A stretch of 64,000 bases of DNA from Antechinus flavipes (lineage: Eukaryota), in assembly GCF_016432865.1 (NCBI RefSeq), contig NC_067400.1, positions 2,170,001 through 2,234,000 on the forward strand. The letters are read 5' to 3'. Made by a program: the position numbers and the translations under genes. The notes below the pieces were generated by a model. That model was not told the origin of the DNA. It made no database searches and saw nothing but the letters and a program-made list of their open reading frames with translations. This document shows positions 21,101-34,382 of this stretch, one piece after another; the first letter of the stretch is position 1; every line of letters starts with the position of its first letter.

Positions 21101-24100
21101 TTTTTGCCGCAGGTGAAAATCTTGCTGCTTTTGGCTGGGCCTGTGTGCCAGCGGGGGATGGAGGGGGTTCGGGCCTGGGGAATGGAGGTACTGGAGCACT
21201 CTCAGCCTCTCCCTGTAAGCGTTTAAACATCCTCTCTTTCCTCCCTCCCTCCCTCTTTCCATGCTCATCCCCCCCCCCACCTCCGATCCCTCAGGAATCG
21301 ACTTCCTTTGTGGCAAACATTTTCAAGGGGAAAATGGTCGTGGACAACGTGTTCCCCTTCCCCTCAGGTAGGAAGCAGCGTCCCTCGGCCAAATAGCCCC
21401 CGGGGCAGGACCCTCGAGACCAGGGGGGCCTTAAGGTCTCTCTCTTCTCCCCTAGTTCTCAGTGAGGAACAGACCTTGTTCCTGAAGGAGCTGTATGAGC
21501 CCTGCTGCCGCTTCTTTGAGGTGGGTGGCGACCGCCTGGGCGCAGCCCCGCACTCCCAGCTCTCTGTCCCAGGGAAGGAGACCAGGGGGGCTGGGAGGGT
21601 CCCAGTGAGCCAGAGGCGCTGTCCAAGGTGCTCTGCTTGACCAGGAGCAGTGGGGGACGCCGGGTCTGCTGGGACAGATGTAAGGTAGAGGAAAGGGGGT
21701 GAGTCCCAGGGCAGAGCCGCTTTCCTGCCTGAAAGGCATCCAAGACAAGGGAGCTGTGACACAGAGGAGGAAACGCAAACCCAATGCAATCTTAATCCCC
21801 CGGATGAGCCACGATAAAGCAACTCCTTGTGCTCCAGCTTTGACAAGTCACTTAAATCCACATTCTCTTAATTCTGGGTGAGCTGAGAAAGCGGGGGAGG
21901 GAGGCAGGAGCGGGCAAAGATGGTTCCTGTGGGACCACGTGACTCCCCCCAGACACTCGCCCCATTCCCCAGATGAGCTTAGAGAGCTGAGGGAGGTCCA
22001 AGAGCCTTCCCGGTCACAGAGCCCATGGGTGTGTCATTCTCACCGACTACGTCAAATTATGTCTTTGAAGGAAGTTAATGACGCGACGTGGAATGACGAC
22101 AATGAAAAAATCCAGTCGAAAACGTTCCAAGGGCTCAAGGAGCTGAAAACTTTTGGGTTACAGGTGCCAGAAAAGCTAGGGGGCAGCGGCCTGACCAACA
22201 CCCAGGTGTGGACGGAGGGAGAGAGGGGTGGGACCAGAGCAGGGGGGCTCTGAAGTGAGGTGGGGGGGAGGGGAAGGGGGCATGGAGGCTCCAGGCTTAG
22301 AACTCCTCCTGGGCTAAGGCTCAGGCTCCGGGGTCCACTGGTTTGGAGGGTGGCAATCTGAGAGTCCCAGATTGTGAGCTTGCAGGAGCTCAGGGGCATC
22401 TGGTCCAATGTTCCCATTTCTGGATGAGGAAACTGAGGCCAAAAGAGAAAAAGGGACCCCTCTCTAAGCCAAGCTTCTCTTTGGTCCCTTCCCTTCTCGC
22501 TTCCCCTTCAACCGGTGAGAGCCCCTTTTGGCAGAGGTGCAAAGGTTCCGCCTCCCTTCCCTCCCTCAGTCTTGCCTCCCGGGAGGTTGAGGGGTCTCCC
22601 CGCCACCATCCCCCAGAGATCCCTATTCCTGTCTGGCAGTTTGCTCGGATGGTGGAGATTCTGGGCTGGCACGACCTCGCCGTGGGCGTCACCCTCGGGG
22701 CCCATCAGTCCAGCGGCTTTAAGGGGATCCTGCTGTTTGGAGACAAGCGTCAGAAAGAGAAATACCTGCCCGACCTGGCCTCTGGTGAGGAGCTTCTGTC
22801 CCCGTCCCAGCAGCCCCTTCCCCCGGGCTCCTCTGCGCTCCGAGCCCAGCCGAGCTTCCCAGCCCTCCCTTGGGTTGCTTGCCGACAAGCTCTAAGTTTT
22901 CCCCAGTGCCTGATCTCCCCGACTCTTCCTTGGGGCCTTTACCTTTTCACCTGGGACCCTCATCCCCTCCTTCCTGCAGGGTCCAGTCCTCTCCACCCTC
23001 CCTCTTCCCCCCATCTGAGCCACAGAAAGCCAGCCTCCCAGCCCAAGCAGCTTCGCGTTTTCCTCAACTTTTCATGTGCCCAAGTCCTGCCTCCCCAGCT
23101 AGAGGAAGGCTCCCTGAGGGCAGGGACGGCTCCGATGCTTCCCAGCACTTCCCGAGCTTCCTACATGGAAAAGCTCCCCGAGTGAATGCGCGGATGCAAA
23201 GCCTGGGAAGGGGGACAGATGGAGGAATGAAGGGATAAACGCAAGGCCTGCTCTGGGGCCCGCCCTCGGGAATCCGCCCGCCAAATATCCAAGTGCGAGG
23301 GGGATGGGCCGCGAGAAAGCAGAGTAGGGAAAAGCAGGAACACCCTAGTCCACCCATCTGAGCGGCCCCAGTGCTGGCCATGCTGCTGGCCATCCCTGCT
23401 CCGGGCCTGTCCCCAGCGGCCCAGCCTTGGACTCCTGCCCTCGGGCTGGCTCTTCCCACTCCATCCTTAGCCACAGGAAGAGGCTGGACTCTCTCTGTGG
23501 GTCTGAGGCCAGGCCCGAACCCCAAATGGATCAAGGGCTGATCTTCACCCTCAGCCAGAGATGGGCCGTGGGCCTCTTGCCAAGGGAAGGCCGACTCCAG
23601 AGCCCCCAAAGTCAGGAGCCAGCTCGCCCAGGTGTCCCTGGGATTTTTCATGCCGGGGACCCCAAAGCGGGGATCCCTAACACTTGGGGGCCACGGCTGC
23701 AGAGACACAAATTTATCCTAAGAGACCAGAAGACCAGGGCGTTGGAGGGCAGAGAGGAAGCACCCGTGGGCCCCTCCACTGGGCCAGTCCCCGGGAGGGG
23801 AAGCTTTGTACCTGCGGGCGGATTCCTGATCCTCTTATTCCCGTGGAAAGGAAAATCTCTGGCCGCGTTCTGCTTGACGGAGCCAAGCTGCGGCTCTGAC
23901 GTCGCCTCCATCCAGACCATGGCCGAGGCCAGCCAGTGTGGGAAATTCTATGTTCTGAATGGCCGAAAAGCGTGGATCAGGTGAGCTCCTTTGCGGGGCC
24001 GGCTGGCAGGTGGCCGGGGGCTCAGCTCTGCTTTCCCTCCGAGCAGGGAGGCTCTCCAGGGCAGAGAGGGGGGCTTCCCCGGCTCAGAGCGCTGGGCAAG

Positions 24101-27100
24101 GCAGGGCACCCGGACACCATGGAGTCCACGGGCCTCAAGGCCAGGGGCAGAAGGGGCTCCCCCAAATCAGAGCCTGGGTGTCTCAGCTGGCCTGTAACTG
24201 CTCTGGAACCCTCCTTCCTGCTCTTCTCTGAACTCCCAGCACAGGGGGTAGAAATCAGGAAGAACTGAGTTCAGATTTGGCTACCAGATACCTACTAGCT
24301 TCATGTCTCTGGGCAAATCACTTCTGCTTGCCTCAGTTTACTCATTTACAAAATGGGAATGATAGCTGCCATCTTTGCAGAATTTCGGGGGTCAAGCAGA
24401 ATAATATCTGTAAGGTACTTGGTGCAGTGCCTGGCATGTAAGCCCTTAATAAATGCTTATTCCCTCCCCCACCTCCAGGGGACCCTTCATGTTGTCCCAA
24501 GCCCCTACAATGGTACAACACCTTTCCCCGTGATCATTCTGGCCCCCAGGATTGCTTATCTTTTTTTCCTCCTTTAGATCCCCTCATCAAAGCACCCATC
24601 CTCATGGTGTGGATGATTTTAGAAGGGACGGAGGCCGATGATTCCTCCTAGCAGTATTTGCATTTTGAAAAGGAGGCCCATCTAGGGGAGGGAGTGGAGG
24701 GAAGGAGGAGAAAATTTGGAACAAAGTTTTGCAAGGGTCAGTGCTGAAAAATTACCCATGCACCGCATACATTCGGGAAATAAAAAGCTTTGGTAAAATT
24801 GAAAAAGAAAAGAAAAAAAGAAAAGGAGGCACCCGCTAGCCTTGGCGGGGGATTTCTGCAAATGCAGTGATTGGGAGCCGAGGCTCAGGAAAGGGCTCCC
24901 AGGGCAGAAGGCGTCTAACCCCGAGGCCCGTTCAGAGCCTGAGGGCCTCCTGCCTGATCCTATTTCTCCAGGGCCGCTCTGAGCTGTCCCCCCCTTTGCC
25001 CAGACTTCCTCTAAAATGTCCCTGCCTGTTCCACCTCCTTCCTCTGTGACTCTACCTTCCAATTCACAATTTCCCCAAAAAACAGTTTCTGCCTTCAGTC
25101 ATCAGCAGTTGGGAATTGTCTTGGCCCGTTGTTGTTGCCAGCCTTGTCCCTGGCTTCTTTACCATGAGACCAGTCCCTCTCATGAGCACATTGGCAGGGG
25201 AAGGGGGGGGGCAAAAAGCAGTCTCAGATCATGTTGGGAAGTTTCTATTTGGGATTAAGCCTCTTTGGCTGGGAAAACATTGATATGGATGGGCTTAAAA
25301 GGTAGGAAAAACAGTATTTTGGGTGCTTTAGATATTAATCTAAGAATGGGGTACATGAGAAAGGAGGGTGAGGATGAAAATGGGGAGGAGGAGGAGGAGA
25401 AGGAGAAAGAGGAAAGAGCAAAGGGAGGAAGAAGAAAGGGGAAGAGAAAGGAAAAGAAGGAGGAAGAGAAAGAGAGGAAAGAGGAAAGGGAGGAGGAAGA
25501 AAGGGGAAAAATAAGGGGGAAGAGGAGGAGGAGGAGGAGGAAGAGGAGGAGGAGGAGGAGGAAGAGGAGGAGATGGATGACATAAGGCTGACTGCAGTGA
25601 TGTTCTTGCCTCCAAGCAATGGCGGGATAGCAGATGTCTTTACGGTATTCGCCAAGACAAAAGTGAAGGATGTGACCACGGGAGAAGTGCATGGGAAAAT
25701 TTCAGCCTTCATTGTAGAAAAAGAATTTGAGGGTGTGACCAGGTAGGACATTCTGTCTCCTGACGGCGGCCTTCCCTCGGTGGCTGTTGTCTGCTCGGAC
25801 TCACTTTGACCCCTTTTAGAGATGTGGACACCGGCGGGACAGGGCAGTGATATTGGGGGGGGGGAACAAGATTTGGGAGGTTTCGCTTTTCCATGAAGGT
25901 TGAGATGAAAGTCTTTAGTCCATTGGAGAGAGAGAAAATCACTTTATTCTCCCTGAAATTACAGTGTTGACAGTAACAGCCACATCCCACAGGAGCCCCT
26001 CAAAAATCCACTTCCACATCCCCGTCTTCTCCGTCCTTCCTTGGGCATGCTGGGGGAAGGGGATTGGGGTGGAGATCACACCAAGGGGAGAGCCTCACAG
26101 AAATGCTGAGGGGAGCTTCATCTGCCATGGGGACAAAAGAGGCGCAGAGTTCCGAACTGGCTCAGACTCCAAGGCCTTTGTTAGCTACTGGTAGAGAATT
26201 CACGGGTCACTCAGACCCAAGGCTTTCCCAGTTGGCAGCCTGCAAGGCCCTGGGTCCAACACAAACAGTGGGCAGGGCCTGGAAAACTCAGGAATTACTG
26301 GATGGGTGCAGACTGCGAGACAGGATCATTTGACCATGGAGAAGTCAACCCTGGGCTTGGAATCGTGGGCTCTCGGCTCTTGTTCAGCTAGCGACAGAAT
26401 TCCCGTCTCCACTTTGTGCCACGTGTTCCCAAAGAGTAGGGAGGAACATTCCGGGGAATTATGGGCGAGTGAGGACAGAGGTCCTAGGAAAAGCAGTTTC
26501 TGGGCTTGATGGGTCTGCAGCAAATGTGGGGAGGGGAGCAACGTGTCAGCTTGGGGGACATGTGTGCTTGCTTATTCCTCAGTGGTCCACCAGAGAAAAA
26601 GATGGGTATCAAAGCCTCCAACACCACGGCGGTCCACTTCAAAAACGTGAGAGTGCCTGCTGAAAATGTGCTGGGGGGCTTTGGGAATGGCTTCAAGGTC
26701 GCCATGAACATTCTGAACAATGGCCGCTTCGGAACGGTCTCTGCCCTGGCCGGCACCATGCGCAGGGTGATCATCAAAGCGGTGAGCCGCTGGGCCCACC
26801 GGGATCCAAATGCCCACTAGGTCAGGCACTGGGGGGGGGGGGTAGAAGTGCGTCTCTGTCAGGGGGAATTGGGCCACTTGGCGTGACTTGTGGGTCAGGG
26901 AAGGCAGCACCAGGAGGAGTCTCAGAAGTCCCTACGCTTATTCCTGTACTTTACAGAAGAGAAAATGGAGCTGGAGGTGCCCCTCAACCATCTGCTCCTT
27001 TCCTTAGATCCCTTCTGACGGCTAATAGAACTGGGCGTGAAGGCAGATCCCTGAGTCACGTGGCGTTGGGGGATTGCTCACCACTCCTGTTCATGGGGCA

Positions 27101-30100
27101 TTCTGACCCAGAGCACAACCACAGCAGGTCCAGAAAGGGAGGGGCCCTGAGTTCATGTCATTGAAGGATCCACCGAAGGAAGTGGGGGTGTTTAGCCTGG
27201 AGAAGAGAACACTGGGGGCACAGTAGCTGTTCCCATGTCTCTGAGGAGCTGCTGCACAGAAAAGGGACTGAAGTCTTCCTGCTTGGCCTCTGAGGACCAG
27301 GAGCCATGTTGGAAAGCTGCAAGAGATGGATTTAGGGTGACTGTGGGGGAAATCTTTCCATGAGATCTGCCCCAGAGGGCAATGGGAGGTCTGAGGAAGT
27401 GGTGAGCTCCCTGTCTCTGGAGTCTTCCAGGAGAGGCTGGAGAGCTTTTTGTTGGGTATATTAGAGATGGGGTTCCTTCCCACTGGGCATTGGACTGGGG
27501 GCATCCAAGATCCCTCCCAAGTTGAACCCTGTGATTCTGTGAGTTCCCGGGGTGGGTGGGGCTGTCACTGCTGCTTGCTGCCTTGGAACACCCTTCGTTC
27601 CTCCTCCCACCCCGTGAACCTCAGTTTCTCATCCTGAAGGGATTGGACTTGATGACCTCGACGGGCCCCTCTAAACCACAGATTGTCAAAGCTGCAGGGG
27701 CCGGTGGTCCGCTCCATTGCCGATCACTCGTCTGCTGCTCGGAGCTCGCAGACATGGAGGTGGAAGGTGCTCTGTCCCTCCCTTCCCCTCACTCTTCACA
27801 ACCTCCACTTAGCGCTCCTCAAGGCAGCACGGCGCGGGAGGCGGAGAAGCCGCCAGCCCAATTCCGTCCCTGCGGACGAGGGGCAGCCTCTGATCCCAGC
27901 CACATCCCTTGTCCCCCCGGCTCTGTAGCCAGCCCCTTCGGGTACTACCCCTCACGAGCCGTCACTGCGGCTTTGTCCCCTAGGCCTGACTTCCTTCCAC
28001 CTCAAAGTGAAGGTGGTCCTTGCCAGCCCAGCTCTACAGGGGCCGGGAACCAAGTGCCGGGCGTCAGGAATGGGTCTCCACCATTGGACCAAATGAGCAA
28101 GGATGCTCAGGGTCTGGGCAGGACCATGGACAGGGAGGATGGCCATTAGGGTTAGGGTTGGGGTTAGCGTTGGGGGGGGGGTGCTGCTTAGGACCGCCAG
28201 TGGTTCAGAACTGGATCCTTCTGGTGTGAGCCTTACACCTGGGGGGGGGGCTCAGTCACCCAGCACCCCCCCCCATACCCAGGGAAGGAAAGGCATTTGG
28301 CAAAGTGGCCCAGCGCGCTGCTGGCAGTTCTGGGTCTCCAACCCAGGTTCCCCAACTCCCAGCCTGTTCCCTTGGGGTGGTGGACATTGTTCAAAAGACT
28401 GAAGGGATGGTCATTCAGTCAAAGAGTGTGTGGGTGACTCTACTGTGGGAGTTAGGGAGCGCCACAGCGCGAACCCGCTTCTGAGTGCAAATGCAGCCCC
28501 GCCTGCCGTTAGCTCAGGGTACAGCGAGCCAGGGAAAGCATCGTGACCATGCACCCCCGTGGCGAAGCCCAGAGACCCCAATGGGGACCGAGACTCTGTC
28601 CGAGGTGCTGAGGTGGAACAGGGCGCCCCCGCCCTTTGGAGGTGCCCTGCCCAGCGGCCACTGCCCTAGACCCGGCCCCTGTGGAGCCACTTAGCGGCTG
28701 AGCCGGGGCACGTCCTCCATGAGGGGGACGGTCACTCCGCATTTCCCTGGGCACCGAGCCTCCTCCTCAGAGCCGCTCCCCCAGGTCCCCACTGGCCGGG
28801 GATGGCTGGTCCCTGCCCCCAGGCTCTCCTCCGGGGTAACGGCCCCCCATAAACGAGGGCCCTCTGGGATACGGGGGCGCCGGGCCCCTCACTTCCCGCC
28901 ACGCGCTGCGGGCCGGGTCCTCATCGCTCCCCCCTCCCCCCCCCCGCTCGCTCTCCTCCTGCAGGCGGATTACGCTGCAAACCGGAAGCAGTTCGGGAAC
29001 CACATCTGCAACTATGGGATCATCCAGGAGAAGCTGGCCCGCATGGCCATGCGCCACTACGTCACCGAGGTAGGAGCCGGGGCTGAGCCGCCCCGAGAAG
29101 CGCTGCTTTTGTAAGAACGATCCCCAGAAGGTCGGGGCGCCCGAAGGAGGGCTCATTGAGCACCTGCTGTGCCCAGTGCTGGGGAGACGGAGCCAGGAGA
29201 CGCGCCCGCTTTCAGGGGGAACCTGTGGTGCTGTAAAAGCGCCCATAAAGGGGAGGGGCCGGGGCGTGGTCAGGGGCCGGGGCGTGGTCAGGGGCCGGGG
29301 AGCCGGCAGAGGAGGGGCCGGGGTCGGCAGGGAGGGGGCGGGAGGGGAGCAGCCGCCGCACTCCAGCCCAGCTGTTCATATCTCCTTAGTCCGTTACGTG
29401 CCTATGAGGCTCTGTCCTTGGTGCTGAGAAACCCTCCCTGACCTCCCAGAACTCTCTCTGGAGATGGGGCAATGAGGCGGGGACACAGGTGACCAACCCA
29501 AACCAGAAGGAGGATGCCCAAGGGGGGCACAGGAGTTCAGAGCAGTTTCGTGGAGGAGGCAACATTAAGGGGGGGCCTGAAGCGTGTGGGGGTCTTTTGG
29601 TAGAGATTGTGCAGAGAGGGTGGCGGGGAGGAAGGGGGGAAGGGAGAGAAGAGAACACACCGGAAGAACCCAGTCTGGGGAGAGAAGGAGACCAGAGCAG
29701 AAGGACCTGCCGGCGACGTGCCCAAGCTCACTCAGCAACTTCTAAAGGACTTCAAAGGAGGGGAAAGGGTGAAGGGCGCCCCAATTTTCAAAAGAAGGAA
29801 GACACTAGAACCTGCCGACCCGGGTCTGATCCAGAATTCTAGAACCTGTTCTTAAAGAGATGGTTCCTGAACTCCCAGAAAGGAAGCTGCCATCACAGAG
29901 AATGGGGCTGGCTCCCCCAGAACAGATACCGCTGCTTTCCTGAGTCATGTGGCAGCCAGAGCTCACCCCGATTCTCCCGGAGCCCGCTCCATTTCTCATG
30001 CCATTGGGGGGCTAGATGGAGCCACATGGGCGGGTGACCAGGCGGAGCATGCTGCCCTGCTAGCAGCTTAGGAATGGTCTGATGTTGGAATCTTTACAAA

Positions 30101-33100
30101 CTGCTAACGCATTAGAGTTGATAGATTATTGATCTGCTCTTACAAGAAGATGTTTTGGGCCAGAACCTGAAACAAGGTACTAAGTAGAACTAATTGATAC
30201 AATGCTTGTGTTCACACCTTTACTCATTGGAGTTCACAAGTATGAGAGATTCACAAAGTTAACTTTGTAACTTTGTGAATTCACACCTCCCTTGAAGCTC
30301 TTAGGGCCAGAGAGCACTATGGGAGAAAACCCATAATCCCTCTCTCTCATATCCCACAATTCCTCTCTCTCGTATAAAAGAAACAGACAGAGGCTCTTAG
30401 AAAGATTTCACCAGAATTACATGAAGAGTGGAGCTGGCTGGAGGCTGAAGAAAGCAGAGGCAGAGGCTGAAGGACAAAACCTTTGGATTTGGAGACATTC
30501 GGAGAATGTCCAAGAAAACCTCCCCGAGAAATCTGCACCTCTCCCCCAGAGAGAACCATCATCTTATACATTTTAAAGAAGAAAAATGAACACCACAGTC
30601 TGAAGAAGAGTGCCTCGGGTCTCTTGGGGCTTTAATGTCTATTAACGACTTGGACACAGGCAAAAAGAGCGTACCTAACACAGAGGGCGGTCAGCAGCAT
30701 GGATGACAGGGTCCCAAAGGTCTCCAACATCTGGGTTAATGGGACAGAGATAAGAACTGGCAACAGCTAGGGGGCGCAGTGGATAGAGCACCAGCCCTGA
30801 AGTCAAGAGGAGCTGAGTTCGAATGTGACCTCAGACACTTAACAGCTGGGTGATCCTGGGCAAGTCACTTAACCCCAATTATCTTGGAAAAAATAACATT
30901 AAACTTAATAAGAAGTGATGTAAGGTCTTATTCTTCAGCTCAAGAAATTCATTTCTGGAGACAAGATAGTGGAGCTGACTTAACTGCAGTTCAACGGAAG
31001 AAGATCTGGATGTCTGAATGGCCTGCCAACTTAGGATGAGTCAGCGGGCCATGTGGTGGCCCCGAAAGAAAAGTCAATCCCGAGCCGCCTTCAGAGGGAC
31101 TGAGCTGCCCAGACCATGGAGGTGACCATCCTACTAGCCCTTGAGAGTCAGACCCCAACAGCAAGTTCTAGGCCCTATGGTTAGGGAGGATGTTGCTAAG
31201 CTAAAAATGCCCAGAGGAGGCGGCGGTTACAATGGGGAAGGGCTCGAAGCGTGTGCCCTGTAGCAGTGAAGGGCCTGGGATTGATGGCCAGCCGAGGAAG
31301 AAAGACTCCCAGGTACAGGACGGCCATATCTGAAGGACTGCCCGCCCAGGAATGGCCTCAGAGGCCCCCGAAGCGCCCCCTCCGGCTCCACATTCTGCCA
31401 TCACTCCCTTGCCTTCCTCCCCCTGGCACGCCACCTGGCAGTAACGCGCCCATCAGGAAACAAAGGAAGCGGCTCTTGACCTGCCAAGGGAGCCATGGCT
31501 GCTGGGGCCCTGATCCTGGCCACAGAACAGATTGCATAAGGATGTGAGGAGACTGAGGGGCAGGTGCTCTAGCCTCCTCTTCCCCCTGCCTCCCCTTATT
31601 TCACTCCCAATTCACATCTGGTCAGGAAAGGCTGATCTGCAACTCCTTCCAACGAGTTAGGATTTGCAGCTGTCGGGGCTTTCCAAGAACTAGCTGCCCG
31701 TAAATGGTACAGTCCCCTTTAACCCTTACCGGCTTTCTGATTGAGCGATGATGTGGGGAGATTGGGGTCACTGCAAGCCTAGTCGTCCGGCAGGGATGGC
31801 AGCCCCCGGACATGTTGCCAAGGGGCGTGGCAGCAAGGGCTCTGCCCTGCTCGGCCTGCCCACCTGAGATATACAGCAGATCTCAGCAGCCAAGACTGAG
31901 GTCACCGGGCTGGGGCTCCATCAAATAGGAGCAGCGAGAAGCTAGGAGGATGCCGAGAGAAACAATTGCTCAGAAGCCTCCGTAGGTGGCTCTGCTCTCA
32001 TTTTCCTTTGTGGAGATGCTCTGTGCCCTCCAAACCTTCTGAGGCATGTGGGGGGTCCTGGTGCCCGGTCTTCTGGGAGCGCCTCTTCTGGCTACATCTA
32101 CCTCTGCTTCCCCTCTTTGCTTTATGTGTTTCTCTTTATGGCTCTACTTTTTATCTCTCCCTTTTCCCAACCAACTCTCTGTCTCTGTCTCTCTCTGTCT
32201 CTCTATCTCTGTCTCTCTCTGTCTCTGTCTCTCTCTCTCTGTCTCTGTCTTCTATCTCCTTATCTCCCTTTCCCATGTCTCTGTCTCTCTCTTTTTCCCT
32301 TTCCTTCTCATCCCCCCTTCCTTAATTGATTTTAAGTTGAAATAACTGAAATTATAAAGAAATGATGGACTTGCTGCCAATTAAATCACAGGCTCTTTTT
32401 TCTTTTCTTTCTCCTTTTTTTTTTTCTCTGTCTTTTTGGGGGAAAATGGCTAATGTGAGAGTTGTATATGACTATGGTTTAGTGGATTCTGTTTTTCTTT
32501 CTTCACAGGGAAGTTGAGGAAACAATTTGGAACTGAATATAAAATTTTAAAAATGAATTGATTACATATCATGTTCATCAAATACTATTTTATATTTCAT
32601 TTCCTCACCTTGGAAATCAGATGGAGAATCACTGGCTTTCTACTTATGTGATTCTCCATTTTTTTTCTCTTTAATGTCATCAAACCCCTTTTTAAAAAAG
32701 TTCCTCAAGGAAAGAGAATTTGGAACTGAATATAAAATTTAAAAAACGAATTGATTACACATCATGTTCATCCAATACTTTTACATATTTCATTTCTCAC
32801 CTTGGAAAGCAGATGGGGAATACTGGCTTTCTATTTGTGCGTCCTCCATGTTTTTCTCTTTTTAAAAAGTTCCTCGAGTCTTGTCCCAGAACTTCCCACA
32901 GATGTCATACTCTGGGAGAAGTAAAGCCCTGGGGACACGCTCCTGTAGATGCAGGACGTCCTGTGAAGGAGGGGTGCCTTGTCCTGCTTGGCCCCAGCTT
33001 CAGGGGAGACACGGATAGGCAGACTTGGGCTCCAGAGAAGGGACGCCTCCCTACAAGAGGAGGAGCCTCCCTCCCGAGGTTGAGGGCTTCTCTTTCTCCC

Positions 33101-34351
33101 CTACCCTACACCCCCTCCCCTGGGAGAAGGCATTGTGAACAGGAGGATTTTCCTTCGGTTTGGGCCGGACCGCTGCCCCGAGCGCCCACCCAGCTCACAG
33201 GGGCTGGCACTGCTCGGCCATCCGCCAGGCGGCCCCTTGGCGACATGCTGAGGCGGACGCTCTCTCCTCCTGCAGTCAATGGCCTACATGATCAGCGGGA
33301 ACATGGACATGGACGTCTCCGAGTTCCATCTGGAAGCGGCCATCAGCAAGATTTTTGCTTCTGTGAGTACGTCTGCTTGTGATGTCACCGTGCTGCGCCT
33401 CCAGCTCTGTGGGGGTCGTGGGAGCCACGAGGGGCCCCCACTGTCCACTGAAGGGTGGGCGTGGCCCAGCTCCTTAGGGAGCGTCCAAGCCAGAGCGGCC
33501 ACAGACCCGGGGCCTGGGAGGGAGCTCCCGTCGGGCTGATCTGGGCTGCCGGGGGAGACCCAGGAAAAGCACCTTGTTGCAACATCTCAGGCCAATGGGT
33601 TGAAGGGAGGCTGAGAGGAGGGGATCCCTTACTCAAGGGAAAGCTCTTAATCTCTCACAAGGGCAGCTGGATTTCCAGGAAGTCCGGGGACCTGAGTTCC
33701 AATCCTGGATCTGCCTCTGCCTGTATGACCTCGAGCAAATAATTTCATTTCCTCCTCCCTCATGTTCTTTGTCAAAAGATGAGAGGGTTGGACCAGCTGG
33801 CCCAGGCTTGGGGATGGCAGCCTTCTCGGGTGCCCACCTGGTGTTTAAGGGCTGACTGCCCCTCTGTCTTGGTCTATAGACTGAGGGGTGAGGCCCCTCC
33901 CACCCCCATCCAGACAGCATGGATGGTGGGGGGCCCGGCCAGCGCCTTTTTTCTAAAGGGGCTGGGCTGGAAGAGAGTCGGGGCTGCTTAGTGTCACGGG
34001 ATGGAGCTCCGGGGTGCAGGGCTGGGGCTTCCTGCCACCTTAGCTGCCGTGGGGACCCTGACGGCAATCTGATTTCTGGTTTTGCCAAGGAGGCTGCCTG
34101 GGAAGTGACTGATGAATGCATTCAGATCCTCGGAGGAATCGGCTACATGAAGGTAAAGCTCGGAAGCGCGCCAGCAGAGCCCATGGCCTTGGAGCAGGCT
34201 TCCCTTGGTCTGCCATTCACTCACTCGTGCACACACATGCACATATTTGTGTGCACTCATTTACACACTTGTGTGCACAGTACCCATGTGCACACCCATA
34301 CACACTTGTATACACTAGTGCACACACTTGTGCACACACTCATGCACAGAC

Positions 34352-34382
<31 letters not shown>

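Noticed and set aside
30763-30830. tRNA gene
   Set aside because: A/B boxes run into the core-SINE body with no cloverleaf; it is a SINE head.
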